Positions 51,982 to 60,553 of a stretch of 64,000 nt of DNA are shown here, piece after piece. Position 1 is the first letter of the stretch. Each line of letters starts with the position of its first letter. This DNA comes from a virus (lineage: Duplodnaviria > Caudoviricetes). The notes under the pieces were generated by a model. The model was not told the DNA's origin. It saw only the letters and a program-made list of their open reading frames with translations, and made no database searches. Made by a program: the position numbers and the translations under genes. Location: the IMG/VR virus record IMGVR_UViG_2687453420_000002, positions 1 to 64,000 of that record; one strand, 5' to 3'.

Positions 51982-52724
51982 AGAATATCACCACCAAAAT
52001 CAAACTCTTTATGAGAACATGAATTCTTTTTAGTCTGTTGTTCTTTTTTATCTTCTTTAGGATAGCCTTCTTTCATCCATGTTTGTAATATCCCATTTAT
52101 ATACTGCATACTACATTTGTTAAGAGCTATAGCTTTTTCTATAGCTAACTTAGTGTGTTTATATCCATGTTTCATTATTGAAATTTTTACTGCTGCTAAA
52201 TTTAAAATTCCTGGCATAGAAGTTACCTCTTCAACATATTGGCATAATTTCATTGCTTCAAAGTGAGAGTCTCTTTCTCTCTCTTTATTTAGTTTAATAT
52301 CATTATTTAGTAGTCCGCCATTTCGCCTAATAGGCGTTTCGCCAGATAGGCATTTCGCCGAATAGGCATTTTGTCGTTTCGGTTCTTCTTTTGTACAAGT
52401 AGTTTCATAACTTTTTATATTTTGAGGTATTTCATATATTGTATAATCATATCCTCCAATTAACTTTCCATTAGAATCTCTCTTAAGTAATCTTTCTATA
52501 TACCCATTAGTTTCAAGTTCTTTTATTGCTGTTCTTATAGCCTTTTCTCCATCTTTGCAATTTTTTTCTATCTCTGAACTATAAAACTCCCAATTATCTG
52601 GCCTACTTAGAAAATAACTCATTAAACCTTTAGCTTTTAAACTTAATCTACCATCATAAACAAAGTACTTATTTAGCATTACATAAGGATTTTCTTTATC
52701 CTTAATAACTCTAAAAACTGCCAT
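51978..52724 (-). CDS. Phage replication initiator (N-terminal wHTH, DnaD-like C-terminus)
   Basis: LSLKAKGL..Y.LS.PD.W; YI.GIL..W. Confidence 0.8.
   Translation of the reverse strand: MAVFRVIKDKENPYVMLNKYFVYDGRLSLKAKGLMSYFLSRPDNWEFYSSEIEKNCKDGEKAIRTAIKELETNGYIERLLKRDSNGKLIGGYDYTIYEIPQNIKSYETTCTKEEPKRQNAYSAKCLSGETPIRRNGGLLNNDIKLNKERERDSHFEAMKLCQYVEEVTSMPGILNLAAVKISIMKHGYKHTKLAIEKAIALNKCSMQYINGILQTWMKEGYPKEDKKEQQTKKNSCSHKEFDFGGDIL
52320..52367. repeat. Three tandem 16-bp iterons (probable phage origin)
   Basis: RTTTCGCCnnATAGGC x3 inside the initiator gene. Confidence 0.75.
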
Positions 52725-53445
52725 TATATCACCTTCTTTTGTTTTCTTTTTTATCTATAGATAAAGTAAGACATTACTACAAAACTCCCAAAAATTATTG
52801 CTGTTGCTATAAGTAAAATTACATTAGCCCAAAACTTAAATCTATACTCTTTTAAAATGGATTTTTTAGCTACTTCTAAAACCTTTTTATCCTCTCCTAT
52901 ATTTCTCTCTAACATTAAATCTATGTGATACAGAACATCTCTTCTTTTCATTTTTTCCATCCCCCATGTATATTTTTCTACTTTTGTCCATATACTAATG
53001 TTGAAATAGCGTGTTTGTACGTTGTATAATGGAGACAAGAGCTTTGCAGAGCTCTTATCCAGCTTTTAAATCAATCAATTTCCAATGGGTGCTTTGCAGA
53101 GCACCTATTTGCTTTTATCTTCCATAGTTTCAAATACTACTTCATCACTGTTGCTGTCATATTTCACACTACTTATAAAGTATTCTGGATTCTCAATATC
53201 ATATATTGAATATCCATTTTCATTTAGTACAGCCAGTTGTGCATTTATACTTTGTATTAAAGTTTTAAAAGAATTATCCACACTCTAACCTCCTTTCTAA
53301 AATGGAACTACTAAGTCATAGTGATTTATTTCATCTATAAGGCTTTCCACTTCATTTTTTATGTTCTCTATCTTTCCTTCTTCAGCATATTTTAAAACCC
53401 AATTTAAACGATATATCAATGCATCTTTATCGCTTTTATCCATAA

Positions 53446-54302
53446 CTATACCTCCTGGTCTTGTAGGAATGGTGGTAAATCTTCTTCTTTTGTTTCTGGT
53501 GTATCTTCTTTTTTACTTAATCCTTTATCTACTAATATTTTGCAAGCTTTTTGTATTACCTGGTCTTTAGCATTTTTCATAAGCCAATCTATATAGTTAG
53601 GAGTTTCTTTCATTATCTGGCCTAAAGTTTTGCCTTTATTTTTACCAAAATTTATTTTAATGTTCCCAGCACTATTTTCATCAATATTTTGTACATGCTC
53701 TTGTTGTAAAAACTCTTGCATTTCTTCTAGGTCCTGTGTAAATACATCACTTAAACTTGCTACTTGTAATACTGCATCTATAAATGCTCTTTTCTTAGCC
53801 ATCTTTAAAATAGTATTTACTAAATCAGCTATATGTGGGTTTGGTATTTTATATTTAACTGTTCCATACCTAGTAGTTATTTTTCTACCGTACTAGGATC
53901 TATTCCATCTGGTACTGCATCAACATTTATATATCTATATTTCTTTTCCATACTGTTACAATTCCCCACACCTTGGCTTACTGGATTGCCATTTCTATAT
54001 AGAGTACATTTTATGTTATAAGCAAAGAACCCATCTTTGTAATCCTCTGTTCTTTCTAAAAACTCATATTCAGGATTAAGACCAAACATCATGCAAATCT
54101 TTTCTCCACCTGGCTTTAAAAGTGTTGGTTTGCTCCCTGCTCCTGCAACTACTCCAAAATCATGGCCATCTTTTAAATTCTTTTGAATTACTGCTTGAAA
54201 TGTTGCTATTTTTTGCATAGTACCTTGTATAGTTCCTATATCTACACTATCTATAAGGCTAGTAACTTGATTATTTTTAACTATTTCTAATTGATTTTCC
54301 AT
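53446..54302 (-). pseudogene. Phage recombination-module protein split by frameshift near 53880
   Basis: KPTLLKPGGEK... ORF continues in another frame to NTILKMAKKRAFIDAV and FGKNKGKTL domain. Confidence 0.65.
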
Positions 54303-54313
54303 TATTCTTCCTC

Positions 54314-54880
54314 CTACTTAATTTCTAAAGTTTCATTAGTTTCTTCTACTGTAAGACCTTCTATATCTAAAATTTCTCCTGTAGTTTTATTTATTATTTG
54401 ATTGTCTTTAATTTCTAAATCTTCTTTCATCTCACCCCATTTCAACTTAGGTTCTTTTTTAATGTAGGTTTCATCCTTAGCACTTAATAAATGTTCTAGT
54501 ATCTTTGTATCATCATGATTTAACTTAATCTTAGATTTCCTTATAACAAGTTTTCCACTTAATAAGTTGTAGCTTCTTTGCGTTTTAGTTTCCTTCATCT
54601 TCAAATTTTTTGTATAAGCCATAAGTTGTTCTTTATTAAAATCTATTTCATTATTTATTTTTTCTGTTTTTATTCTTAGTTGTTCTTTTATTGCTGCTAT
54701 TCTATTTTTAGCTATCATTTCAATCCTTGTTTTTTCTTCCTCAAGCTCTTTTATTTCCTGTATCTTTTCATCTGCATGAGTATCATTACCTATTACTGAA
54801 ACTTGAGCTTTTTCTATTCCTTCATCTAGCATTTCATCAAATGTCAATGGTATTTCATAATCCGAACATCTTATTTCCAT
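54314..54880 (-). CDS. Mu Gam-like host-nuclease inhibitor
   Basis: Coiled coil; KETKTQ.SY.L.SG.L..RK. Confidence 0.7.
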   Translation of the reverse strand: MEIRCSDYEIPLTFDEMLDEGIEKAQVSVIGNDTHADEKIQEIKELEEEKTRIEMIAKNRIAAIKEQLRIKTEKINNEIDFNKEQLMAYTKNLKMKETKTQRSYNLLSGKLVIRKSKIKLNHDDTKILEHLLSAKDETYIKKEPKLKWGEMKEDLEIKDNQIINKTTGEILDIEGLTVEETNETLEIK

Positions 54881-55366
54881 TATTTTTCCTCCTTCATTCC
54901 GTACCTCTTCACCTCCTTGTAACTAAATCAACTAACTGTTATCGCAGTGGCCATACATTTTATTGTGGTGTGGCTCTTATCTTCGCCTACTCCCGCTCTA
55001 ATTAGTTCATTTAGTTACAAGGATTTTGGTACTAATTGTAATGTTATTGCATATACATAGACTAGAGAAGTATATGCATTTTTCCTGTAGTAAAATTTTT
55101 TAAAAAGGCTTTTCAGCCTTAATTTTTCTTAAGCTTTCTCTCTTTATATACTTTAATAAGTTCCTCAATTTGTTCCGGAGGTAAAGTTTCTATAAGAACT
55201 TTGGCTACTGCTTTTCCTACTCTTTCCTCATATGCTTTCATATGTTCTGGAGGTGGGTAATTTATTCTTATATTAAATTTAGGTTCTTTAGCCATCAGTT
55301 CTTCCTCCTCTCTTTACTTAGTTATTATTCATCTTATGAGAAATCGTATCTATTTGTTAAAATTAT

Positions 55367-55735
55367 TTATTGTATTTGATATTCTTTAAAAGCTTTAACT
55401 GCACAATAATGAATGCTTAACTCTCTAGTATCAATTTTCTCTTCTATTTCAAAACATAGATGTACTTCCTTATAATCCCATATGGCAACATTCGCTATTT
55501 CTTTATTCTTATTTAAAAAGCAAAGATTCCAACTTCCATCATCTTCATTTTTATATGCTTCGACTCTGTCAATTAATGTGCCTACATGTAAAACATCAGT
55601 TACTACAAAACATCCTGTATCTCCATTTATCTGTTTCTTATTCAGTAATTCATTTATCGCTGATACATTTCCAGCAATTTTTTCTTCATCAAAGCAATCT
55701 CTAAAAACAAAAGTCTTTGTATAATCACACCACAT
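55367..55735 (-). CDS. Hypothetical protein
   Basis: ORF coupled to antirepressor. Confidence 0.55.
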   Translation of the reverse strand: MWCDYTKTFVFRDCFDEEKIAGNVSAINELLNKKQINGDTGCFVVTDVLHVGTLIDRVEAYKNEDDGSWNLCFLNKNKEIANVAIWDYKEVHLCFEIEEKIDTRELSIHYCAVKAFKEYQIQ

Positions 55736-56530
55736 TTAAATTACCTCCTCATTAAGTGAATATAAATTTTTAGCAAGTTCTCTTACATCATTTTCATAAA
55801 GCTTACAAGCTATTTCATAAAGTTCAGGTATCTTATTCATGACCTTATCAATGTAGTCAACTTTACTTTTTAGCTTTGGTTTATGTTTTTTGTTGTATTT
55901 CTCTAGTTTATTTTTTATACTTTCAATGTGATACTTCATTTCAAATTGTTTATATAGTTCATTCCAACGTTCCCTATAATTTGCACCTTTGTATCTAACA
56001 ACTCTATTTAATATCTGTCTTTTCTCTGCTAGTGATATTTCATCAACTAAACCTACAATTACATCTTCTTTATGTTCTATTTCTGTCTCTTTTAATGCTA
56101 TAATCTCATTTTGCTTCCTTATAGTTTCTAAGGTGTTCCTGAAAACCATTTTACTTTGATCATCCAAATAAGGTAGGTAAGTATTAATAAATAGGTCTTC
56201 GCTTGCAACATAACCACCAGTTTTCCTTATAGTTGGTAACACTTCATCAAAAACCCAAACCTCAAATTTTTCTGCTGATGGTAAATGTGAACCAGTAATT
56301 AATCTATAAATGTCACCTTCAGGTATTAAATTTACTTCAACTCCATTAACTTTTAACCCGTTACATTTTGTAACGCATTTACATTTTCTTGATAAAGTCG
56401 TTCTCCAGCTACCTTCTGCATAACCTAATGCTTTTAAAACGTCATTCGCTACGGCATAAGGTTTATTGTTTATTTCTGTCATTTTTACCATTCCAAACTC
56501 TTGATTTTTAAAAATCTGTAAGTTATTCAT
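55736..56530 (-). CDS. BRO-N antirepressor
   Basis: LQIF.N.EFG; IPEGDIYRLI..S.LPSAEKFE.WVFDEVLPTIRKTGGY. Confidence 0.88.
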   Translation of the reverse strand: MNNLQIFKNQEFGMVKMTEINNKPYAVANDVLKALGYAEGSWRTTLSRKCKCVTKCNGLKVNGVEVNLIPEGDIYRLITGSHLPSAEKFEVWVFDEVLPTIRKTGGYVASEDLFINTYLPYLDDQSKMVFRNTLETIRKQNEIIALKETEIEHKEDVIVGLVDEISLAEKRQILNRVVRYKGANYRERWNELYKQFEMKYHIESIKNKLEKYNKKHKPKLKSKVDYIDKVMNKIPELYEIACKLYENDVRELAKNLYSLNEEVI

Positions 56531-56582
56531 TCCCTCATCACCCTTTTGTTCACTAATTTAATTTTCAAAGAAAATGTTTAAA

Positions 56583-56813
56583 CTATTTATTAAGCAGTTC
56601 CTGTTGTCGTTTTGACGTCATACTTTGCAAAAAAATTTCTTCTATTGTACTGTTATATTTTTGTGATATTTTATATGCTTCATTAAGAGTGAAATCAGTT
56701 TTGCCATTTTCTTTAAAGTTGAATGTAGATACTCTTACGCCTAAAAAATCAGCTAAATCTTTTTGAGTATCTCCATGTTTTGCTCTAAGTGATTTCAATT
56801 TACGATTAATCAT
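56583..56813 (-). CDS. Cro-like HTH regulator
   Basis: TQKDLA..LG......KENG..DF; divergent from repressor. Confidence 0.85.
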   Translation of the reverse strand: MINRKLKSLRAKHGDTQKDLADFLGVRVSTFNFKENGKTDFTLNEAYKISQKYNSTIEEIFLQSMTSKRQQELLNK

Positions 56814-56930
56814 ATATAATCACCTCCTTGTTGTCGTTTTGACTACTTGTATGCTTTTATTATAGTTGTCATTATGTCGTTTGTCAATACTATTTTTACT
56901 CTTTTTTTAAAAAAATATTCATTATGACGT
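56602..56930. promoter_or_regulatory. Probable switch operators
   Basis: TGTTGTCGTTTTGAC exactly at 56602 and 56829; variants GTCATTATGTC and TTCATTATGAC in the cI/cro intergenic region. Confidence 0.6.
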
Positions 56931-56984
56931 TATTTATTTTTAAAACAACAAAATGTGTATAATAATATATAGGAGGTAGTCAAT

Positions 56985-57419
56985 ATGAAAACTATTGGTG
57001 AAAGAATAAAAGAATTAAGAGAAGAAAAAGGAATAAATCAGCTTGAATTATCTAAAATATTAAATGTTCATAAAGGCAGTGTTTCTAATTGGGAGAACAA
57101 CAAACGAACTCCTGATGCAGACATGCTTACAAAAATTGCTGATTTTTTTAATTGTTCAGTAGATTACTTATTAGGCAATACAGATATAAAAAATAAATTA
57201 AATATGTCAAAATTATTTAGTGGAGCTGGAGGTTTAAAACTAGATTCATTTAAAGAATTAATACAGGAAAATGAATCTAATAACAATACTTTATTTAGCT
57301 TTATGCTAGAAGATAAACTAAAAGAGGCTGGATTGTATAATGAAAATATGAGTAATGAAGAAAAAAACAACCTCGCTAATAAAATTCTTGATATTTTGAA
57401 AATTATGCAAAAAAAATAG
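56985..57419 (+). CDS. CI-like XRE repressor (no peptidase domain)
   Basis: IGERIKELR..Q.EL......VSNWE...R.PD...L..IA.FF..SVDYLLG. Confidence 0.88.
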   Translation: MKTIGERIKELREEKGINQLELSKILNVHKGSVSNWENNKRTPDADMLTKIADFFNCSVDYLLGNTDIKNKLNMSKLFSGAGGLKLDSFKELIQENESNNNTLFSFMLEDKLKEAGLYNENMSNEEKNNLANKILDILKIMQKK

Positions 57420-57429
57420 GAGCGAACAA

Positions 57430-57624
57430 CTAATAAGAGTTGTCCTGCTCCTTTTCTTTTTTTAATATATTTATTATTTTTTCTACTGTATCACACATAT
57501 CAGTATTTCTAATAATAATTGATTCTTTTTTCATGAGTTCACTTATTATTAAATTAAATTCCATTTTCATTCCCCCATTATCTATTTTAATATATCTTAT
57601 TGTTATAATAATTTTTTTAAACAT
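57430..57624 (-). CDS. Small protein downstream of a LexA-like box (start probably MKMEF)
   Basis: RBS GGGGG before ATG near 57570. Confidence 0.45.
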   Translation of the reverse strand: MFKKIIITIRYIKIDNGGMKMEFNLIISELMKKESIIIRNTDMCDTVEKIINILKKEKEQDNSY

Positions 57625-57766
57625 TTATACAATATAATTTTTAAATATTTTTCACAAAAATTATAAACATTTTATAAATGATTCTGATCTATAAAAATTT
57701 CCAACCTATGTATTATAATTTAAAAGTCATTTTATACAACTAAAATTTAATTTTTTTATTCCCATC

Positions 57767-57778
57767 AAACATATGTTC
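57767..57778 (-). promoter_or_regulatory. LexA/DinR-like box
   Basis: GAAC-ATAT-GTTT just downstream of a TTGAAA/TATTAT promoter. Confidence 0.5.
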
Positions 57779-57986
57779 TGTATTAATAATAAACCTTTTG
57801 GTAAATATTTTCAAGCACATGTACAATAAATATTATAAACCTAAAAGTTAGCTCCGCCCGAGCTAGTTTTATATAAAAATTTACATAATTGGACAAACTA
57901 TAAAATTATACCAATAATATAATAATGCATTTAAATAGCTCTATAAGTAATAATAAAAATAAGTTGCTAATTGAGGAAGGAGAGCT

Positions 57987-58238
57987 ATGAAGCATAAAAT
58001 AAATGTCGAAGAATATAGAAATAAAAATTTTATAAGTCAGAATAAACTTGCTAAAAAAATTAATATTAGCCAAAGTTATCTTTCTTCTGTAGAAAGAGAA
58101 ATAAAAAGTCCTACATTGAGAATGTTGTATCGTATTGCAGAAGAATTAGATGTTTGCCCTCGATTGCTAATTAAATGTACAATAGAATGTAGTGAATGTA
58201 AAAAACAATACAAATGTATTTGTGAGGGGGAAGACTAA
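57987..58238 (+). CDS. XRE HTH protein with Cys-rich tail
   Basis: SQ..LA....ISQSYLS..E...SPTL. Confidence 0.85.
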   Translation: MKHKINVEEYRNKNFISQNKLAKKINISQSYLSSVEREIKSPTLRMLYRIAEELDVCPRLLIKCTIECSECKKQYKCICEGED

Positions 58239-59857
58239 TGAAGGCAGGAATTTACAGCAGAAAATCAATGTTCACAGGTAAAGGTGACTCTGTAGAAAAT
58301 CAAGTCCAAATGTGTAAAGATTATGGAAACAGATTAAATGTAGATGAATATTTAATATATGAGGATGAAGGGTATTCAGGAGGTAATATTAATAGGCCTA
58401 AATTTCAAGAGTTATTACAAGATGTTAAAAAGAAAAAGTTTGACGTGCTTATATGTTATAGATTAGACCGTATAAGTAGAAATGTAGCAGACTTCTCTTC
58501 TACTCTTGAACTACTTCAAGACAATAATATAAGTTTTGTAAGCATAAAAGAACAGTTTGATACTTCTACACCGATGGGTAAAGCTATGGTTTATATAGCT
58601 TCTGTTTTTGCACAGTTAGAACGTGAAACCATTGCTGAACGTGTAAGAGATAATATGTTAGAACTCGCTAAATCTGGAAGATGGTTAGGTGGTCAAACTC
58701 CTTTAGGATTTGAATCTGAAAAAATATCTTATTTTGATGCAGAAATGAAAGAAAGAACTATGTATAAACTTTCTCCTGAACCTAAAGAACTAGAATTAGT
58801 TAAATTAATTTATAATAAATACTTAGAAACTGGATCTATACACCTAACATTAAAATATTTATTATCTAATAATATAAAAGGTAAAAATGGTGGAGAATTT
58901 GCATCCATGTCTATAAATGATATATTAAGGAATCCTGTATATGCTAAATCTAATGAAATGGTACTTAATTATCTTGAAGATAAAGGCATGAATATATGTG
59001 GTACCGCTAATGGAAATGGTATCTTAATATATAACAAAAGAAACTCTAAGTATAAGAAAAAAAGTGTAAATGAGTGGATAGCTGCAGTTAGTAAACACAA
59101 AGGAATTATACCTGCTAATACATGGCTAGAAGTTCAAAAAACTCTAGATAAAAATTCTAAAAAAGATACTCCAAGACAAGGAACATCTAAAAAGGCATTA
59201 TTATCTGGAGTTTTAAAATGCAGTAGATGCGGTGCTCCTATGCGAGTTACTTATGGCAGGAAAAGAAAAGATGGCACTTCCATATATTATTATACATGTA
59301 CTATGAAAGCTCATAGTGGCAAAACTAGGTGTGATAATCCTAATGTACGCGGGGACTATTTAGAAAAAAACATTATTACAGAATTAAAAAACTTAAATTC
59401 TGATGTAGTCATTAAAGGGCTTGAAGAACATAAAAAACAACTAGCTGCAACAACAGAAAATTCAATTATAAAAAATATTTCTAAAGAAATAGAAGAAAAA
59501 AAGAAAGAAATGGATTCTTTGATTAATAAACTTTCTAAAATAGAAAGTGATATAGCATCTGAATTTGTATTATCTAAAGTAGATTCTTTAGGAAAAGAAA
59601 TTAAAGAATTGGAAGTTAATTTATTAAAAAGAACCGATAAGAAAAAAGAAAACTGTGATATTGAACTTAATATTGAAATAGTGTTGCAAGCAATAAAAGA
59701 ATTTAATGATTTTTTCAATAGTGTTGAGAGTTTTAAAGATGATGAATTAACTATACAAAGGAAAAGATATCTTCTTGAAAGAGCTGTAGATGAAATTAGA
59801 ATAGATGGAGAAACTAATAGAATAGATATTGATTTATGGAGGGCTAAAAAAAAATAG
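58238..59857 (+). CDS. Large serine recombinase (integrase)
   Basis: YSRKS, DEGYSG...RP, LDRISRN, recombinase domain, LLSG.L.C..CG Zn ribbon, coiled coil. Confidence 0.95.
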   Translation: MKAGIYSRKSMFTGKGDSVENQVQMCKDYGNRLNVDEYLIYEDEGYSGGNINRPKFQELLQDVKKKKFDVLICYRLDRISRNVADFSSTLELLQDNNISFVSIKEQFDTSTPMGKAMVYIASVFAQLERETIAERVRDNMLELAKSGRWLGGQTPLGFESEKISYFDAEMKERTMYKLSPEPKELELVKLIYNKYLETGSIHLTLKYLLSNNIKGKNGGEFASMSINDILRNPVYAKSNEMVLNYLEDKGMNICGTANGNGILIYNKRNSKYKKKSVNEWIAAVSKHKGIIPANTWLEVQKTLDKNSKKDTPRQGTSKKALLSGVLKCSRCGAPMRVTYGRKRKDGTSIYYYTCTMKAHSGKTRCDNPNVRGDYLEKNIITELKNLNSDVVIKGLEEHKKQLAATTENSIIKNISKEIEEKKKEMDSLINKLSKIESDIASEFVLSKVDSLGKEIKELEVNLLKRTDKKKENCDIELNIEIVLQAIKEFNDFFNSVESFKDDELTIQRKRYLLERAVDEIRIDGETNRIDIDLWRAKKK

Positions 59858-59865
59858 CCTCCTCT

Positions 59866-60381
59866 ATGGAATATGGTTCCAAAATGTTGCAATTACATAA
59901 AGCATGTACATGCATGATTGATATAATTGCGACAATTCCTCCAAATATTAACTTTACCTTAGATAAATTATACACTATATCTGAAAATGATACTATAGGA
60001 GAACGTATAAGAAAATTAAGGAAACTGAAAGATATGACTACTAAAGAGCTAGGAGAAAAAATAGGAATAACATCTGCTGGAATAATTAACTATGAAAATA
60101 ACAACGCATATCCCTCAGCTCCAATAATATTGAAATTGTACACATTACTAAGTAAAAATATAGCTTGCGATGATTATAGTAATTTTATAATATCTAAGTA
60201 TTGGGAAAAATTAAAAGAGTGGAGAATAAATAATAAACTAACTCAAAAAGATGCTGCTACATTTTTACAAGTTGCTGAACGTACATACTATTCTTGGGAA
60301 AAGTGTAATTCTTATATAACTAGACATACATTTAATAAAATAAAAAATAAATTAATTCAATTAACAACTAAGGAGCCTTAA
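59866..60381 (+). CDS. Double-HTH XRE protein
   Basis: TIGERIRKLR...YE; WR....LTQ.DAA......Y.SWE. Confidence 0.75.
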   Translation: MEYGSKMLQLHKACTCMIDIIATIPPNINFTLDKLYTISENDTIGERIRKLRKLKDMTTKELGEKIGITSAGIINYENNNAYPSAPIILKLYTLLSKNIACDDYSNFIISKYWEKLKEWRINNKLTQKDAATFLQVAERTYYSWEKCNSYITRHTFNKIKNKLIQLTTKEP

Positions 60382-60392
60382 TTGGCTCCTGT

Positions 60393-60545
60393 TTATAATT
60401 TTAAAACTATCACATATATAATTATTAATAAACTATCCGCTATACATCCCCATTTCATAGAGTTTTTATTACTATTATCTTTTTTATTGAAAAGTTTATT
60501 GCCAGTAAATCCTATCATACAAGACATTATTATATATTTAACCAT
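60393..60545 (-). CDS. 50-aa membrane peptide ending the ATPase operon
   Basis: RBS AGGAGG; MVKYIIMSCMIG...LLIIIYVIVLKL. Confidence 0.55.
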   Translation of the reverse strand: MVKYIIMSCMIGFTGNKLFNKKDNSNKNSMKWGCIADSLLIIIYVIVLKL

Positions 60546-60553
60546 ATATCCTC

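Larger units (their letters stand above)
1..59857 (-). mobile_element. Siphovirus-type prophage including its accessory arm; left boundary outside the window, right boundary approximate
   Basis: Canonical order integrase/repressor, replication, terminase, portal, capsid, tail, lysis, accessory genes; att sites not identified. Confidence 0.9.

Noticed and set aside
56829-56885. Spo0A boxes in the switch region
   Set aside because: TGTCGTT differs from TGNCGAA at two positions and fits a GTC-N5-GAC repressor operator better
58238-59857. skin-like sigK-interrupting element
   Set aside because: No sigK or other split sporulation gene fragment visible next to the recombinase in this window
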